Positions 45,563 through 55,665 of a stretch of 61,310 bases of DNA are shown piece after piece. This stretch comes from a virus. Lineage: Duplodnaviria; Caudoviricetes. The translations under genes were made by a program, and so were the position numbers. The notes beneath the pieces were generated by a model. That model did not search any database. It saw only the letters and a list, made by a program, of their open reading frames with translations, and was not told the DNA's origin. The stretch lies in IMG/VR virus record IMGVR_UViG_3300048895_000049, positions 1 to 61,310 of that record, one strand, 5' to 3'. The number at the start of each line of letters is the position of its first letter. Within the stretch, counting starts at the first letter, position 1.

Positions 45563-47358
45563 GTGCCCAGCAGTTCCTCAATCGTCGTCGCCATGTGCAG
45601 GCTGCGGACATTGATGTTGCCGAGGATCGCCACGACAAGCTCGCGCGACTTGAAAGCCGGGATGCGGATCGGGTCGAGGCTGAACGGCTGCAGGTTGGCG
45701 CGCACCTCGTTGCCGTCGCCGTAGAGCACGATCTGCAGGCTGCGCGATCCGGCCGGGTCCGGCATGTTCAGGAGGATCGAGCCGTTGATGTCCCACGTGT
45801 TCATCGGGACTTCGTTGATCGCCCCCAGCAGGTCGCCGGGGAAGTGCGCGGCGTTCCATGCGATCACCCGCGCCTTCTCGGCCTCATAGGCGGCGAGGTC
45901 CATGATCTGGCTGTAGTCGGCGTCCACCTTCAACAGGCTGAACGTCTGGCCGCGCTCGCTCAGGAACCGCTTGGACTTCCACTCGTAGTCGAGCGGCGAG
46001 TTCTCGTCGGCGTCCAACTGGTAGACCTTATGGTCGGTGTCGTGGACGTAGAACATGATCCCGTTGCGGGCGTCGACGTGCAGGGCCAGTGCAGGCAGCT
46101 GCATGAACGACAGCGCGGGCGGGTCGGCGCGGCTGAGGATCAGGGCGCGCGACGGTATCTCGTTGGGGAACACCCCGAAGTAGCGCCCCTGCAGGATGGC
46201 GGCCTTCATGGTCTGCGGGATCAGCGGCCGCCACTCGTCGGCGGTGAACAGGTTGGTCGTGGCCAAGCTGCGCTGGCTAGGCGACAGCACCACCAGACCG
46301 TTCGGGCTGGCGTAGACCACGCCGTCCTCGTCGGTGGCGATGGTCGCCTTGCCGACGCAGGGCTCCTGCATCGGTATCTTCTCGGTGTACATCGCCCCCG
46401 GCTCGCCGCCGTGGATGAAGTACGGGTTGGTGTTGGTCATCACCGCCACGGACGAGCCCATCGCCGCGATGCCGACGATCTTCATGACCGGCAGGGTGAT
46501 GGCGTATTTCAGGGGCCACGCGTGCGGGTAATAGGGCTCGGAGAAGTAGACCGTGTTGCCGACGAACCCGGCCAGCGCACCACCCGGCAGGGCGATCAGA
46601 CCGGAGAGGTCGGCGGGCGGCCCCAGCCAGCCCTCGGAGGGCAGCACTTCGCCAAGCTGGGCGGCGGTCTTGGTGTCGGCGTAGGAGGCGACGCCGACCG
46701 CGATCTCCTCGACCAGTTGGTAGCTGACCGTGGTCGCCCCGACGACGGTGCGGTAGATGCGGCGCTTGATGACGTTCTCGCCAGCGGCGGGCGCGCTGAA
46801 CCCGCTGACGGTGATCGTCGAACCTGTCGGGTGAACGTCGATCGAGGCGGGCAGCGACGGAGCGCTCTCAGCCTCGACCGCACCAAACGCCGAGACGTGG
46901 GTGTAGACGTACGCCCGGGTCTCTTGGGTGCCGGTGCCGTCGACCGTCCGCACCAGCGTTGGCGGACCCAGCGGTCCCGTCACCCCCATGGGCATCCATG
47001 CGGACGGGTAGGGTTCGGCCCCGCCTGTCGCCATCGCCCAATTGGTTTTCTTCGGAGCCCCGTCGCCGGTGTAGTAGATGCGGCTCTCCCCCGCCGTGTC
47101 GGCCACCGGGCTCACCGCCACGTCCACCTCCGTCATCCACAGCAGGAAGGCCGTGGCTCCGGTGTCGTCGAACAGGCGATAGAGCGTCTGGTAGGCGGCG
47201 GGCGGCGGGGTGTAGGCCACCACAGGTCCACGCCAGAAGCGTAGCTCCTTGGAGTACAGCTTCACGTTCGACGCGACCTGCGCGAACTGATCCCCCAGCA
47301 GGGTGGGGGACAGTCGCGGGATCAGGCCATCGAAACCGAGGACCCTCAGCGCAGACAT
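45559..47358 (-). CDS. Tail tubular/nozzle (stabilisation) protein
   Basis: RAYVYT..ESAPS, RRIYRT, FSEPYYPHAWP, YEWKSKRF. Confidence 0.75.
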   Translation of the reverse strand: MSALRVLGFDGLIPRLSPTLLGDQFAQVASNVKLYSKELRFWRGPVVAYTPPPAAYQTLYRLFDDTGATAFLLWMTEVDVAVSPVADTAGESRIYYTGDGAPKKTNWAMATGGAEPYPSAWMPMGVTGPLGPPTLVRTVDGTGTQETRAYVYTHVSAFGAVEAESAPSLPASIDVHPTGSTITVSGFSAPAAGENVIKRRIYRTVVGATTVSYQLVEEIAVGVASYADTKTAAQLGEVLPSEGWLGPPADLSGLIALPGGALAGFVGNTVYFSEPYYPHAWPLKYAITLPVMKIVGIAAMGSSVAVMTNTNPYFIHGGEPGAMYTEKIPMQEPCVGKATIATDEDGVVYASPNGLVVLSPSQRSLATTNLFTADEWRPLIPQTMKAAILQGRYFGVFPNEIPSRALILSRADPPALSFMQLPALALHVDARNGIMFYVHDTDHKVYQLDADENSPLDYEWKSKRFLSERGQTFSLLKVDADYSQIMDLAAYEAEKARVIAWNAAHFPGDLLGAINEVPMNTWDINGSILLNMPDPAGSRSLQIVLYGDGNEVRANLQPFSLDPIRIPAFKSRELVVAILGNINVRSLHMATTIEELLGT

Positions 47359-47361
47359 GGG

Positions 47362-47802
47362 CTACTTCTTGGAGCCCTTGTCGGCCTTGTCGTGTTGCTC
47401 GCGCTCGACGTTGACGTGCGGTGTGTTCGGATCGCTGCCGGTCGGCGGCTCCAGAGCCTCACGCGCCGTCTCGCGATAGGCGGCGGTGGCGGCCGTGCCC
47501 CCCGGACCCGGTTGCTGGTCGGCCGGAAGGTTCGGGATCGGGTCCGACCCATGGGTGGCGTAGGCGATCGGGTCGGTGCTGAGCGGGCTGCGGGACTGGT
47601 CTTCCGCCTCCACTTCCTCGCCGTCCCGGAACGCAGCGTCGTCGTAGGCTTCGACGATGTTCCGCGCCTCGGGCGTGTCCTCGACGATCAGCGTGCCCTG
47701 CACGGACTTGCCGATCAGCACGTTGCGACCGCCCGTATTGACGATCAGTTGCCCGCCGACGCTTTCAGCGCCTTCGATTTTTAGGGCGTCCTCGAACTTC
47801 AT
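47362..47802 (-). CDS. Hypothetical protein
   Basis: AGGAG SD. Confidence 0.7.
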   Translation of the reverse strand: MKFEDALKIEGAESVGGQLIVNTGGRNVLIGKSVQGTLIVEDTPEARNIVEAYDDAAFRDGEEVEAEDQSRSPLSTDPIAYATHGSDPIPNLPADQQPGPGGTAATAAYRETAREALEPPTGSDPNTPHVNVEREQHDKADKGSKK

Positions 47803-47812
47803 TGGGTGTCTC

Positions 47813-48760
47813 CTAGGTTATGCCGTTGCCGTAGACATACCACGTATTGGCCGCGACCTTTTCGACGTGGCAGATGCTGGGTCCGGTGATGGTCCGGTTG
47901 CCGATGATGCCAGCCGGAACCCAGACAAGGGTCACGCCGACGTCCGCCGCGAGCGTGATGTTGCCTGAGATGCAGACGATCTGGGTGGCGTTGCCGCGCA
48001 GGATCGGCGTGCTGTCGCTGGGCAGGTAGTAGATGTGGCTGCCGAACGAATGGAAGATCGCCCGGCCGGGGTCGCCCAGACCCAGCACGTAGTCGCTGTT
48101 GGCGTCGGTCACAGGCCAGCCGCGATAGCCTCCCCAGCCGGGGTCGCCGTTGTTCTTCTCGGTCAGGATGTTGCCGAAGTGCGTGGCGTCGACCTGTATC
48201 GTCGGGAACGGTCCTTGGAAGCCGAGGTAGATTTTGCCGGGACCTTGGCCCGCGCCGCCGCCCTGCTGGACGGGGGTGTAGCCGAGGTTCACGAGCGCGG
48301 CGTTGGGCGACATCTTCCCGGCGTCGATGGCCCCCGGGGTGACCATCGTGCCGTAGATCGAGTTCGGCGCGATCTTGTCGCTGTTGACCGCGTTGGGGGC
48401 CAGCTTGGCGGTGGTGATCGAGCCGTCCGAAATCTGGCTGGGGTCGAGCGGGCGGTCACGGATGGCCACCAGACCACCCGCCGTCAGCCGGTGCTCGACC
48501 TTCTCGCCAGCGCCCAGCGGGCGGGCGTCCGTGCCTTCCGCACCACGCGTCACCGTCATGGTGTCGCCGGTGCGCGAGGTGCAGTGGGCGATCTCGATGG
48601 TGTTCAGGGCGTCGACGATGGTGATCGGAAACCACTCGTCAGGACCCGGCGAGGGGAAGCGCGCCCCTTGTCCGGCCGTCAGGGTGAGGGCGGTCGCTGC
48701 GGCGCTGTAGGCCGCCGCCAGCACCCCGGTCGCATTGTTGGTGAACAGGGGGCCAGCCAT
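47813..48760 (-). CDS. Tail fibre-like protein
   Basis: FTNNA..VTRGAEGT N-domain; ITTAKLA repeats; GYTPVQQGG. Confidence 0.7.
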   Translation of the reverse strand: MAGPLFTNNATGVLAAAYSAAATALTLTAGQGARFPSPGPDEWFPITIVDALNTIEIAHCTSRTGDTMTVTRGAEGTDARPLGAGEKVEHRLTAGGLVAIRDRPLDPSQISDGSITTAKLAPNAVNSDKIAPNSIYGTMVTPGAIDAGKMSPNAALVNLGYTPVQQGGGAGQGPGKIYLGFQGPFPTIQVDATHFGNILTEKNNGDPGWGGYRGWPVTDANSDYVLGLGDPGRAIFHSFGSHIYYLPSDSTPILRGNATQIVCISGNITLAADVGVTLVWVPAGIIGNRTITGPSICHVEKVAANTWYVYGNGIT

Positions 48761-48764
48761 GCCG

Positions 48765-49211
48765 CTACCCGACCGTCACGTTCCAGATGACTTGGATGGT
48801 GTCGAGCGCCCCCTTGTTGATCACCGAGAAGGTGGTGCGCGCCATCATGTCGCCCGCGACGGCCGCGTTGAACAGGCCCGCCTCGACCAGCGAGCCGGTG
48901 CCGACGCCGGGGCCGTACTGCTTGGCGTAGGTGACCTTGGTCCCGACCCGGGTGATGGTGTCCAGCGCGAACCGCGACCCGACCAGTTCGATCATCAGCG
49001 TGGTGTCGGCGGCGGTGGCCGGGTTCGGCCCGGTGCCCAGCGCCACGTGCGACACGGCGTTGATGGCGGGGGCGGCCAGCATCCTCTCGGCGACGATGGT
49101 CTTGCCCACCGTCACCACGAGGTTCTTGACGTGGGTGATCTCCTCGCTGCCGTCCGCACGGATCAGCTTGATGATCAGTTCGCCGGTCAAGCTCAGGGCG
49201 TCGGAGATCAT
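48765..49211 (-). CDS. Virion structural protein
   Basis: NLVVTVG..ALGTG..EAGLFN..MMART pattern. Confidence 0.7.
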   Translation of the reverse strand: MISDALSLTGELIIKLIRADGSEEITHVKNLVVTVGKTIVAERMLAAPAINAVSHVALGTGPNPATAADTTLMIELVGSRFALDTITRVGTKVTYAKQYGPGVGTGSLVEAGLFNAAVAGDMMARTTFSVINKGALDTIQVIWNVTVG

Positions 49212-49272
49212 CGGTTCATCTCACGTTCGGGGCGGACGGTACTCGGTGGGTCCTGAGGGCGCAATGTCACCA

Positions 49273-50640
49273 TCAGGACACCCGGATGAAACGCTTTTTG
49301 GTGAGGCCGTCGGCGGTGTCGATGTAGCGAGGCGCAGTCTGCCAATACTGGATCAGCGCGTCCGCGTCGGTCGCGATCCGGTCGCCGTATGAGCCGCCGA
49401 AATCCGACGTGATTAGGCCGCTCACCGAGGCGAAAACGCCCTCCGTCGCCACCAGCGCGTTTTGACCGTTGTTGACGTTCGCCTGCGACCCGTCGCCGCC
49501 CGTTCCGAACTGCCACGTCGCCCCTTCGTCGGGGCTCAACGCCAATGCGACACTGTTCGCCGTCGCCGTTGTCGCCCGGAAATAGAGGCCCAACATGCCC
49601 GCCGTGCCGTTCACGTCATAGGCCCGCGTCAGGAAGGTTTTCCCGGCAGGCGGGGTCGCCGTCTGCAGCGTGAACGCCGAGGTCACATCGGGAGCCATGT
49701 AGTATTGGCCCGCCGCCAGCGGTGGCGCGGTGTTGCCGACCGCGAACACCTTGCCGGAAGGCGCAACCCAAGCCGTAACGATACCCAGACTTAACCCACC
49801 GCTCGCCCTTGCGAAGGTTTTTGTGAAGGTGATCCCGTCCACCGAAGTCAGGATTTCACCGTAAGCCGTGACCGCCACCAGCCGGTTGCGCGGCAGATCG
49901 AGGAAAATCCACGGTATATAGTCGGCGTCCCCGGCAGCGCTCGCGAAGGCCAGCGCTGGGATCGTGCAGTTTGTGTAGTTGATCCGATCCACCGTGTAGC
50001 GGGGCTGGATCGTTTGAAGCTCCGTTGACCAGATCACATATCGCCCGGCGATATAGGTCATCTGGCTATAGAAGCCGTTACCACCGGGAGAGGTGGTCCC
50101 ATAGCGCGTGGCCACCGGAGTTGGCGAAAGAGCCGGGACTATCGAGTAAAGCCCTGAGTTGGTCAGGTGGTGGAACTCGCCGTTAGCCCAGCTTAGCCCG
50201 TTCGGCGTATTATTGGTCGGCGAGCCGTTGCCTACCTGAACACTGGCGACGTTCGAGATATTGAAGTGCCAGTGAACCTGCGTCAGAAAAATCAAGCACG
50301 AGGAAGAACCGTTGTTGGCTGGCCCGGATGGCGAAGACGCCGCGTAACCGCCGCCCGCCGCGAAGAACTTGCGGTTGTTGGTGAACGGGTAATTCCCCTG
50401 CTGCCCGAACGACTGCCACGGAAACCAACTCTGCGTGTTCCATCGCCCGGCTTGCGGGATCGCAGCCAGCGCGCCCGTCGTCCGCATCTGTGCGAGGATC
50501 GGTTCAGTTATCGCGTCCGCCGCGACCCAATTCGGCCCCGGAGCGGCAGACGCCCAGACGCTTCCGCCGACCCCAACCCCGCTGCCCGCGCCGCGATGAC
50601 GAGAGCGCAGACCGGCATAGTTGAAGTCGACGTTACGCAT
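49273..50640 (-). CDS. Putative receptor-binding/tail protein
   Basis: Beta-rich, S.DG.T(W/F) BNR-like repeats; atypical codon use. Confidence 0.55.
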   Translation of the reverse strand: MRNVDFNYAGLRSRHRGAGSGVGVGGSVWASAAPGPNWVAADAITEPILAQMRTTGALAAIPQAGRWNTQSWFPWQSFGQQGNYPFTNNRKFFAAGGGYAASSPSGPANNGSSSCLIFLTQVHWHFNISNVASVQVGNGSPTNNTPNGLSWANGEFHHLTNSGLYSIVPALSPTPVATRYGTTSPGGNGFYSQMTYIAGRYVIWSTELQTIQPRYTVDRINYTNCTIPALAFASAAGDADYIPWIFLDLPRNRLVAVTAYGEILTSVDGITFTKTFARASGGLSLGIVTAWVAPSGKVFAVGNTAPPLAAGQYYMAPDVTSAFTLQTATPPAGKTFLTRAYDVNGTAGMLGLYFRATTATANSVALALSPDEGATWQFGTGGDGSQANVNNGQNALVATEGVFASVSGLITSDFGGSYGDRIATDADALIQYWQTAPRYIDTADGLTKKRFIRVS

Positions 50641-50977
50641 CAAATTGCCAGCGGTTGAACAGCGTCGCCACCAGCGTCTGCCCGGCAGCGCCACCTTCCA
50701 CGATGATGTACTGGCCCGCCGTCAGGATGAAGTTCAGCAGCAGCAGCGGCGAGCCGCCCGGCTGGCGGTAGCGCACCGGCTCCTGAAAGACCAACATCTG
50801 CTGCGCCGCGCCGTCGTAGTACCGCACGTTCGCGTAGCCGTCCGCCACCGACCCGGCCAGCAGCGCCACCTGCAGGCAGACGCTTTCCGCCTTGGCCACA
50901 GGCACCGCCGCACCCATGGCTTGGGTCGTAGCGCCGACGACGTTCACGGAGACATTCGCAAGGGTCACGCCAGCCAT
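50633..50977 (-). CDS. Tail-region hypothetical protein
   Basis: Coupled ORF, MAGVTLAN. Confidence 0.6.
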   Translation of the reverse strand: MAGVTLANVSVNVVGATTQAMGAAVPVAKAESVCLQVALLAGSVADGYANVRYYDGAAQQMLVFQEPVRYRQPGGSPLLLLNFILTAGQYIIVEGGAAGQTLVATLFNRWQFDA

Positions 50978-51165
50978 CAGACGACATCTCCATAGAGGGC
51001 GCGGCGCATCACGTTGGAGGTGGCGAGCCCGGCCACGTCTGTGGGCTGGATAAAGGACGGCACCCACGCGGGTCCGGCGCGCACCATCAGCGCCTTACCG
51101 ATGTCCGGCGCGGCGACGGCGGGCAGGTCGCTGGCAGGCTTGAACAGGTCAGACCACAGGGTCAT
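50977..51165 (-). CDS. Tail-region hypothetical protein
   Basis: Coupled ORF, MTLWSDLF. Confidence 0.55.
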   Translation of the reverse strand: MTLWSDLFKPASDLPAVAAPDIGKALMVRAGPAWVPSFIQPTDVAGLATSNVMRRALYGDVV

Positions 51166-51521
51166 TGCGACACCTTCCAATCACCGCCCCGGAAGATCAG
51201 CTTGGGCATGAGGTTGTTCTGATCGAGCACGAGGTCTTGGTTGATCCCGGCGATGGTCGCGCCATTGCGGGCGATGGTCATGTTGTTGACCGCGAAGCTG
51301 CCGCTGAACCACACCTCGGTGCTCTCGGCAGGGGCGGCGGGCAGGGTGGCGACGATGCCGACGCCCGCGCAGGCGTAGCGCCCCTTGGGTGCGACGTTGA
51401 AGCTGGCGGCCTTGTTCACCCAGATTTCCATCACCGGGGCTTCAAGGTTCGTAAGGTTGGCGTCCATCTCGATGTTGGTGAGCGGTGCGCCCTTTCCGCC
51501 ACGAGTGATGATGGCTGGCAT
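51162..51521 (-). CDS. Tail-region structural protein
   Basis: TRGGKGAPLTNIEMDANL motif. Confidence 0.7.
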   Translation of the reverse strand: MPAIITRGGKGAPLTNIEMDANLTNLEAPVMEIWVNKAASFNVAPKGRYACAGVGIVATLPAAPAESTEVWFSGSFAVNNMTIARNGATIAGINQDLVLDQNNLMPKLIFRGGDWKVSQ

Positions 51522-51838
51522 CAGAAGACCCTCGCGTTGCCGACGTAGTCCAGCGGGGTCTCGAAGTAGTCAAGACCTGCGTAGTCATACGAGGAGATCG
51601 AACCACTGTCGATCAGACCCACCACCTCGTCGAGGTTGATCAGGCCAACGAGGACCAGCACATCGTCGGACATCGCGAAGGTGTCGTCGATGGTCAGATG
51701 GCCGTCGAAGATGATGGTCAGATCGTCGGTGAGGACGATCGGCGCGGACAGCGTCAGCGGCCCGTCGTAGTCGACCGACAGCGTGAAGCCGAGGTCCACC
51801 CCTTGGACGATGGTCACGATGTCGGTGCGGCGCGGCAT
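51521..51838 (-). CDS. Tail-region hypothetical protein
   Basis: Coupled ORF. Confidence 0.65.
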   Translation of the reverse strand: MPRRTDIVTIVQGVDLGFTLSVDYDGPLTLSAPIVLTDDLTIIFDGHLTIDDTFAMSDDVLVLVGLINLDEVVGLIDSGSISSYDYAGLDYFETPLDYVGNARVF

Positions 51839-52212
51839 CAGGCGGCCTCGCGCAACTGGAACTCCAGACGGGGGTAAAGCGTGAAGCTGTTGCCCGGCGC
51901 GTAGAAGACCTCGATCTCGCCGAAGTAGATGCCTGCCGGGACGATCAGGTTGCCCTCGGCAAACTGGAACCGCACCCGGCCGCCCGTCCCGGCGATCGGG
52001 TACTGCGTCAGGTCTGCGGTGACGAGGTCAGCCTGCAGCGTCCCGGGCAGCAGGTCGCCGGTCAACTGGAACAGCACGAGGTCCTGACCATACGGCTTGA
52101 ACCTGAGGAACACCTGCGCGACCGACACGTCCAGCAGGCCAGTGGGCTGGCGAAGCTGGACGTAGAGCACCGGCCGGATGTCGCCGACGACGAGATGGAT
52201 GCGCCCGATCAC
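51838..52212 (-). CDS. BppU-N-like tail attachment protein
   Basis: IHLVVGD.RP..G.Y.GEIEV..T.Y. Confidence 0.6.
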   Translation of the reverse strand: MIGRIHLVVGDIRPVLYVQLRQPTGLLDVSVAQVFLRFKPYGQDLVLFQLTGDLLPGTLQADLVTADLTQYPIAGTGGRVRFQFAEGNLIVPAGIYFGEIEVFYAPGNSFTLYPRLEFQLREAA

Positions 52213-52892
52213 ACCCACCTCCGCATCTGCACCGACTGCACGGCGCGGGTGTGGTCGCGCATGCGCCGGGCCTTGGCTTCGCTGACCCCGCCGTAGAACC
52301 GCCCCCACAACATCGGCGCGGACTGCGGGTCGTAGTAGGGCTGGCCCGCCGTCTCCACCAGCCGGGCTCGAGCCCCGTAGGCGATGGGCTCGCTGTAGTA
52401 GTTGAACACGCTGTCGTCGATCTCGACCGCGTCCGGCGTCGGCTGGGTGGCGACCAGCAGGCGCATCATCGGCACCAGTGGCGGGGTGGCGTTCAGGCTG
52501 GCGTCCAAGAACGCCTGATCCGGCGCAGGCACGAGGATGATCTGGTCGGGCTCGATCTGGGTCACGAAGGTCGGGCGGCCGGTGCGGTCCATGCTCGTCC
52601 AGTTCGAGCCGTACAACTGGTCAAGCTCGTCCTTGGTCTTGAAGGTCAACGGAGCGCCGTAGCCGTCGACGTCCGCGCGCATGACCGTGGCGGGCACGGT
52701 GTCGGGCGGGGTCTCAATCTCGTAGATGGAGCGCCCGGCCTGCAGCAGGATCGGCTCCAGCGCCTCCTGCTGCCATAGGGTCTGCTTGTAGAACTCGATG
52801 GCGGCGAAGCGCGCGGCGACCGTCGCGGCCGCCACTGAGCAGTCGCGGACGAACGGCATGATCAGCGGGGTGAACTCGATGATCGCGGTCAT
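52209..52892 (-). CDS. Head-tail connector / tail tubular A-like protein
   Basis: Position downstream of capsid; AAIEF..IAYGA.ARL. Confidence 0.65.
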   Translation of the reverse strand: MTAIIEFTPLIMPFVRDCSVAAATVAARFAAIEFYKQTLWQQEALEPILLQAGRSIYEIETPPDTVPATVMRADVDGYGAPLTFKTKDELDQLYGSNWTSMDRTGRPTFVTQIEPDQIILVPAPDQAFLDASLNATPPLVPMMRLLVATQPTPDAVEIDDSVFNYYSEPIAYGARARLVETAGQPYYDPQSAPMLWGRFYGGVSEAKARRMRDHTRAVQSVQMRRWV

Positions 52893-53575
52893 GCGGCGGC
52901 TCCCTTGTCGGCAAGGTCAGCCGGGCCAAGCTGCTTGTTCGGGCTCTCATCCAGCACGGCGGCGGTGTGGCCGGTGGTGAACATCTGGAACAGTTGCAGG
53001 TACGCCTGCGCCTTGCCCTCGCCGCCCGCGTAGTCGTCGTCCTTCTCGTGAGCGCGGAACATGACGTAGTCGAACAGCGCCGTCTGGTAGAGGTCCGGCA
53101 CCGTCATCTCGTCGAGCAGCGTCGCGAAGTCGGCGGGGTTCTCCGCACGGCTGACCTCGATCTGGGTCATGCCCGTCGACGGCGGGTAGACGTAGTAGCG
53201 GCGCGGCTGCTTGGGATCATAGATGTAGTGGAAGACGATGTCCGACCGGCGCGAGGCGTGCCAGTTGGGGTCCACCCGGTCGAGGTTCTCGCGGGACACC
53301 ACGGTGACCACGCGTCCCGGGGTCAGGCCGTCCAGCCCCATGTTGCGCTTCACGTCGAGCAGCATGAACGCGTTGGGCGGCAGCGTCTGCAGGGTGCCCA
53401 CCACGAGGGGCAGGGGGCCGGTCACGTCGCCCAGAGCGGGGTCCATGGCCACGAGGGTCCGCTGGCCATCCGACAGCCATCCCAGAAGCTCTGCGTCGGT
53501 CCAGCGCTTCGTCGCGAGGTCGTCGATCAGCTGCGTCCGGACGCGCGTGATGATCTTGTCGGCGGTTACGGCCAT
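52889..53575 (-). CDS. Head-tail adaptor protein
   Basis: RWTDAELL.W.SDGQ..YVYPP..DYVMFRA.EKD. Confidence 0.7.
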   Translation of the reverse strand: MAVTADKIITRVRTQLIDDLATKRWTDAELLGWLSDGQRTLVAMDPALGDVTGPLPLVVGTLQTLPPNAFMLLDVKRNMGLDGLTPGRVVTVVSRENLDRVDPNWHASRRSDIVFHYIYDPKQPRRYYVYPPSTGMTQIEVSRAENPADFATLLDEMTVPDLYQTALFDYVMFRAHEKDDDYAGGEGKAQAYLQLFQMFTTGHTAAVLDESPNKQLGPADLADKGAAA

Positions 53576-53647
53576 GTGGTGCCCTCATGCAAGAGCGCCG
53601 GGACAGCATCAGCCGCCCCGGCGCACCTGTCTACGTCAGGGCTCGAC

Positions 53648-54610
53648 CTACTTGTCGACGAGGGCGATCGCCCACGCCTCGGGCTTGATCATCTTCTTGC
53701 CGAAGACGTTCAGGCCCCGGACCAGTTGACCGAAGTCGTTCGGGTTCTGCAGGCTCTCGGTCTTGGTGATCTGCGACGCGAAGCTCAGCGCCGAGATTTG
53801 ACCGGCGATCAGGACCCGGCGCTTGAGCGCGGAGCCGTTGACCGTGCCGTCCGGGTTGAACCCGGCAGCAGCCTTCGGCAGCTGGTTCGACAGGTAGATG
53901 GTGAAGCGGTCGATCACCCCGAGCTTGCCGTTGCGCAGGATGCTCTTGTCGTCGCCGGTCAGGTAAGCCTGCTGCAGCGGCGAGGCCATCAGGCGCAGAC
54001 GGGTGGCCGGGTCGATGACGAGGAAGCGTTCGGTGTCGGGCACGTTCTGCTCGTCGAGGGCCGAGGCGAGGGCGAGGATGACGTCGAGGACCTTGGACGG
54101 CGAGGTCGACAAGTCAACGGGGGCGGTGTCGGACCCGAGGACGAGAGCCCCGGAGATGACGCCTGCGGTGTTGCCTTTGTTGGCGGCCGCGCCGTTGTTG
54201 TATTCCTCCAGCAGCACGAGGCGGTCGATGGCGATAGCCATCTGCTTCGTGGCGTCGTCGGTGAACATCGACATCAGGTTCGGCTTCGACTGGTATTCGA
54301 GCACGTCCGAGACGTTCACGCCGAAGTATTTCGCCCGGTCGATCGGCAGTTCAACGGTGTTCGGGATCGGCACCTGATAGTTCAGGTTCTGACCCACGGT
54401 GTAGTCGTTGATGGTGATCGAGGGGATGTTGTTGATGATGATGCTATCGCCCATCCCCTTGATCTCGCCCTCGTAGGAGGTGTTGGCGATCTCACCGAAG
54501 ATGGTCGTGGCGTAGAACTTCACGTTCAGCTTGCCGGACCACAGCTGCGGAATGAACGTCCGCGAGTAGGCCGGGGTGGTGTTGAACGGGGCCTGCACTG
54601 GCATAGGCAT
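53648..54610 (-). CDS. Major capsid protein
   Basis: FIPQLWSGKL..YEGEI..GD..FGQLVRGLNVFG. Confidence 0.88.
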   Translation of the reverse strand: MPMPVQAPFNTTPAYSRTFIPQLWSGKLNVKFYATTIFGEIANTSYEGEIKGMGDSIIINNIPSITINDYTVGQNLNYQVPIPNTVELPIDRAKYFGVNVSDVLEYQSKPNLMSMFTDDATKQMAIAIDRLVLLEEYNNGAAANKGNTAGVISGALVLGSDTAPVDLSTSPSKVLDVILALASALDEQNVPDTERFLVIDPATRLRLMASPLQQAYLTGDDKSILRNGKLGVIDRFTIYLSNQLPKAAAGFNPDGTVNGSALKRRVLIAGQISALSFASQITKTESLQNPNDFGQLVRGLNVFGKKMIKPEAWAIALVDK

Positions 54611-54623
54611 GGGGGTCGCTCAC

Positions 54624-54653
54624 GCTGGAGGGAGGGAAGGGCCTCCCTCCAGC
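54624..54653 (-). promoter_or_regulatory. 12-bp stem-loop just upstream of the capsid gene
   Basis: GCTGGAGGGAGG-6 nt-CCTCCCTCCAGC. Confidence 0.55.
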
Positions 54654-54660
54654 CGCCCGC

Positions 54661-55608
54661 TTAGCGGACGCGACCTTCGGCAAGAGCCCTGTCGATGTCG
54701 GCTTCGATGCGCTTGGCGTCCTCCAGACGGCCGCGATACTCACCCCGGGCGAAAGCTTTGTAGAACTCGTCCATCTCAGCGACGGACCAGACCTTCTTGC
54801 CATCATCCGGCGTGATCTCGGCGGCTGCCCGGCCTTGGCCCGGCGACACCTGCTCGCGAAGTTCAGCCTGCGGATCGACGGGCGGGGGCGGGGGCGGGGG
54901 CGCTGGTGTGGCTTGGGCTTTGTAGGCGTTGAAAATCTTGGCCGTCCGTCCCACGTCGAAGGCGTGGTAGGCCGACTGGAGGATGTCGTTCCGCACGAGG
55001 CCGCTGAACTCGTCGATCTCCAGCAGCCACGCCTTGAAGGCGTCGTCGTTGTCGATCGTCTCGTAGTCGGCGACGTCCTTCGCCAAGTCGGTGAAGTATT
55101 TCGCCCTGCGCTCGTCGGTGACGTTACCCGCCACATTCTCAACCTGCGTCGCCTGAGCCGCCATCTGCCTGCGCAGTTCCGCGATCTCACCTGTCAGTCT
55201 GGCCTTCTCCCCCGCATCGGTCTCAGCGACCACGCGGCGCATCAGGTCAATCAGGTCGTCTCCGTAGGTTTCGGTGTCCTCTGCCGTGATCAGCTTCGTC
55301 GCCGGGGCAGGCGCAGCCGGGGCCGGTTCCGGTGTCGCTGGCGCGCGGGTAGCGGTCAGGTCCGCGATCTGCTGGGTCAGGTTGGCGACCTGCGTCCGAA
55401 GACCGGGCACCTCGCTGTTGTATTTTCCCTGCAGGGTCTGGAACTTGTGCTGCCAGTCGCCATCGGCCGGGGCCGGTGGGGGCGGCGGGTCTGCCGGGGG
55501 TTCGGGTGGAGGGGCTTGCGGTGGTGTCTCCTGCGCCGCCATGTCGGCTTCGAGGGCTTCCACTTCCGCCGCCTGCCGCTGAACGGCCTCGGGCACTCGC
55601 GTATTCAT
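54661..55608 (-). CDS. Scaffolding protein
   Basis: Helical, acidic, precedes capsid; LQGKYNSEVP..AEGRV. Confidence 0.75.
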   Translation of the reverse strand: MNTRVPEAVQRQAAEVEALEADMAAQETPPQAPPPEPPADPPPPPAPADGDWQHKFQTLQGKYNSEVPGLRTQVANLTQQIADLTATRAPATPEPAPAAPAPATKLITAEDTETYGDDLIDLMRRVVAETDAGEKARLTGEIAELRRQMAAQATQVENVAGNVTDERRAKYFTDLAKDVADYETIDNDDAFKAWLLEIDEFSGLVRNDILQSAYHAFDVGRTAKIFNAYKAQATPAPPPPPPPVDPQAELREQVSPGQGRAAAEITPDDGKKVWSVAEMDEFYKAFARGEYRGRLEDAKRIEADIDRALAEGRVR

Positions 55609-55665
55609 TCACATCTCCAGCTGCAACTCGGGGGTCGGCGGGTGCCGGTATCCCTTAATGGTCAG

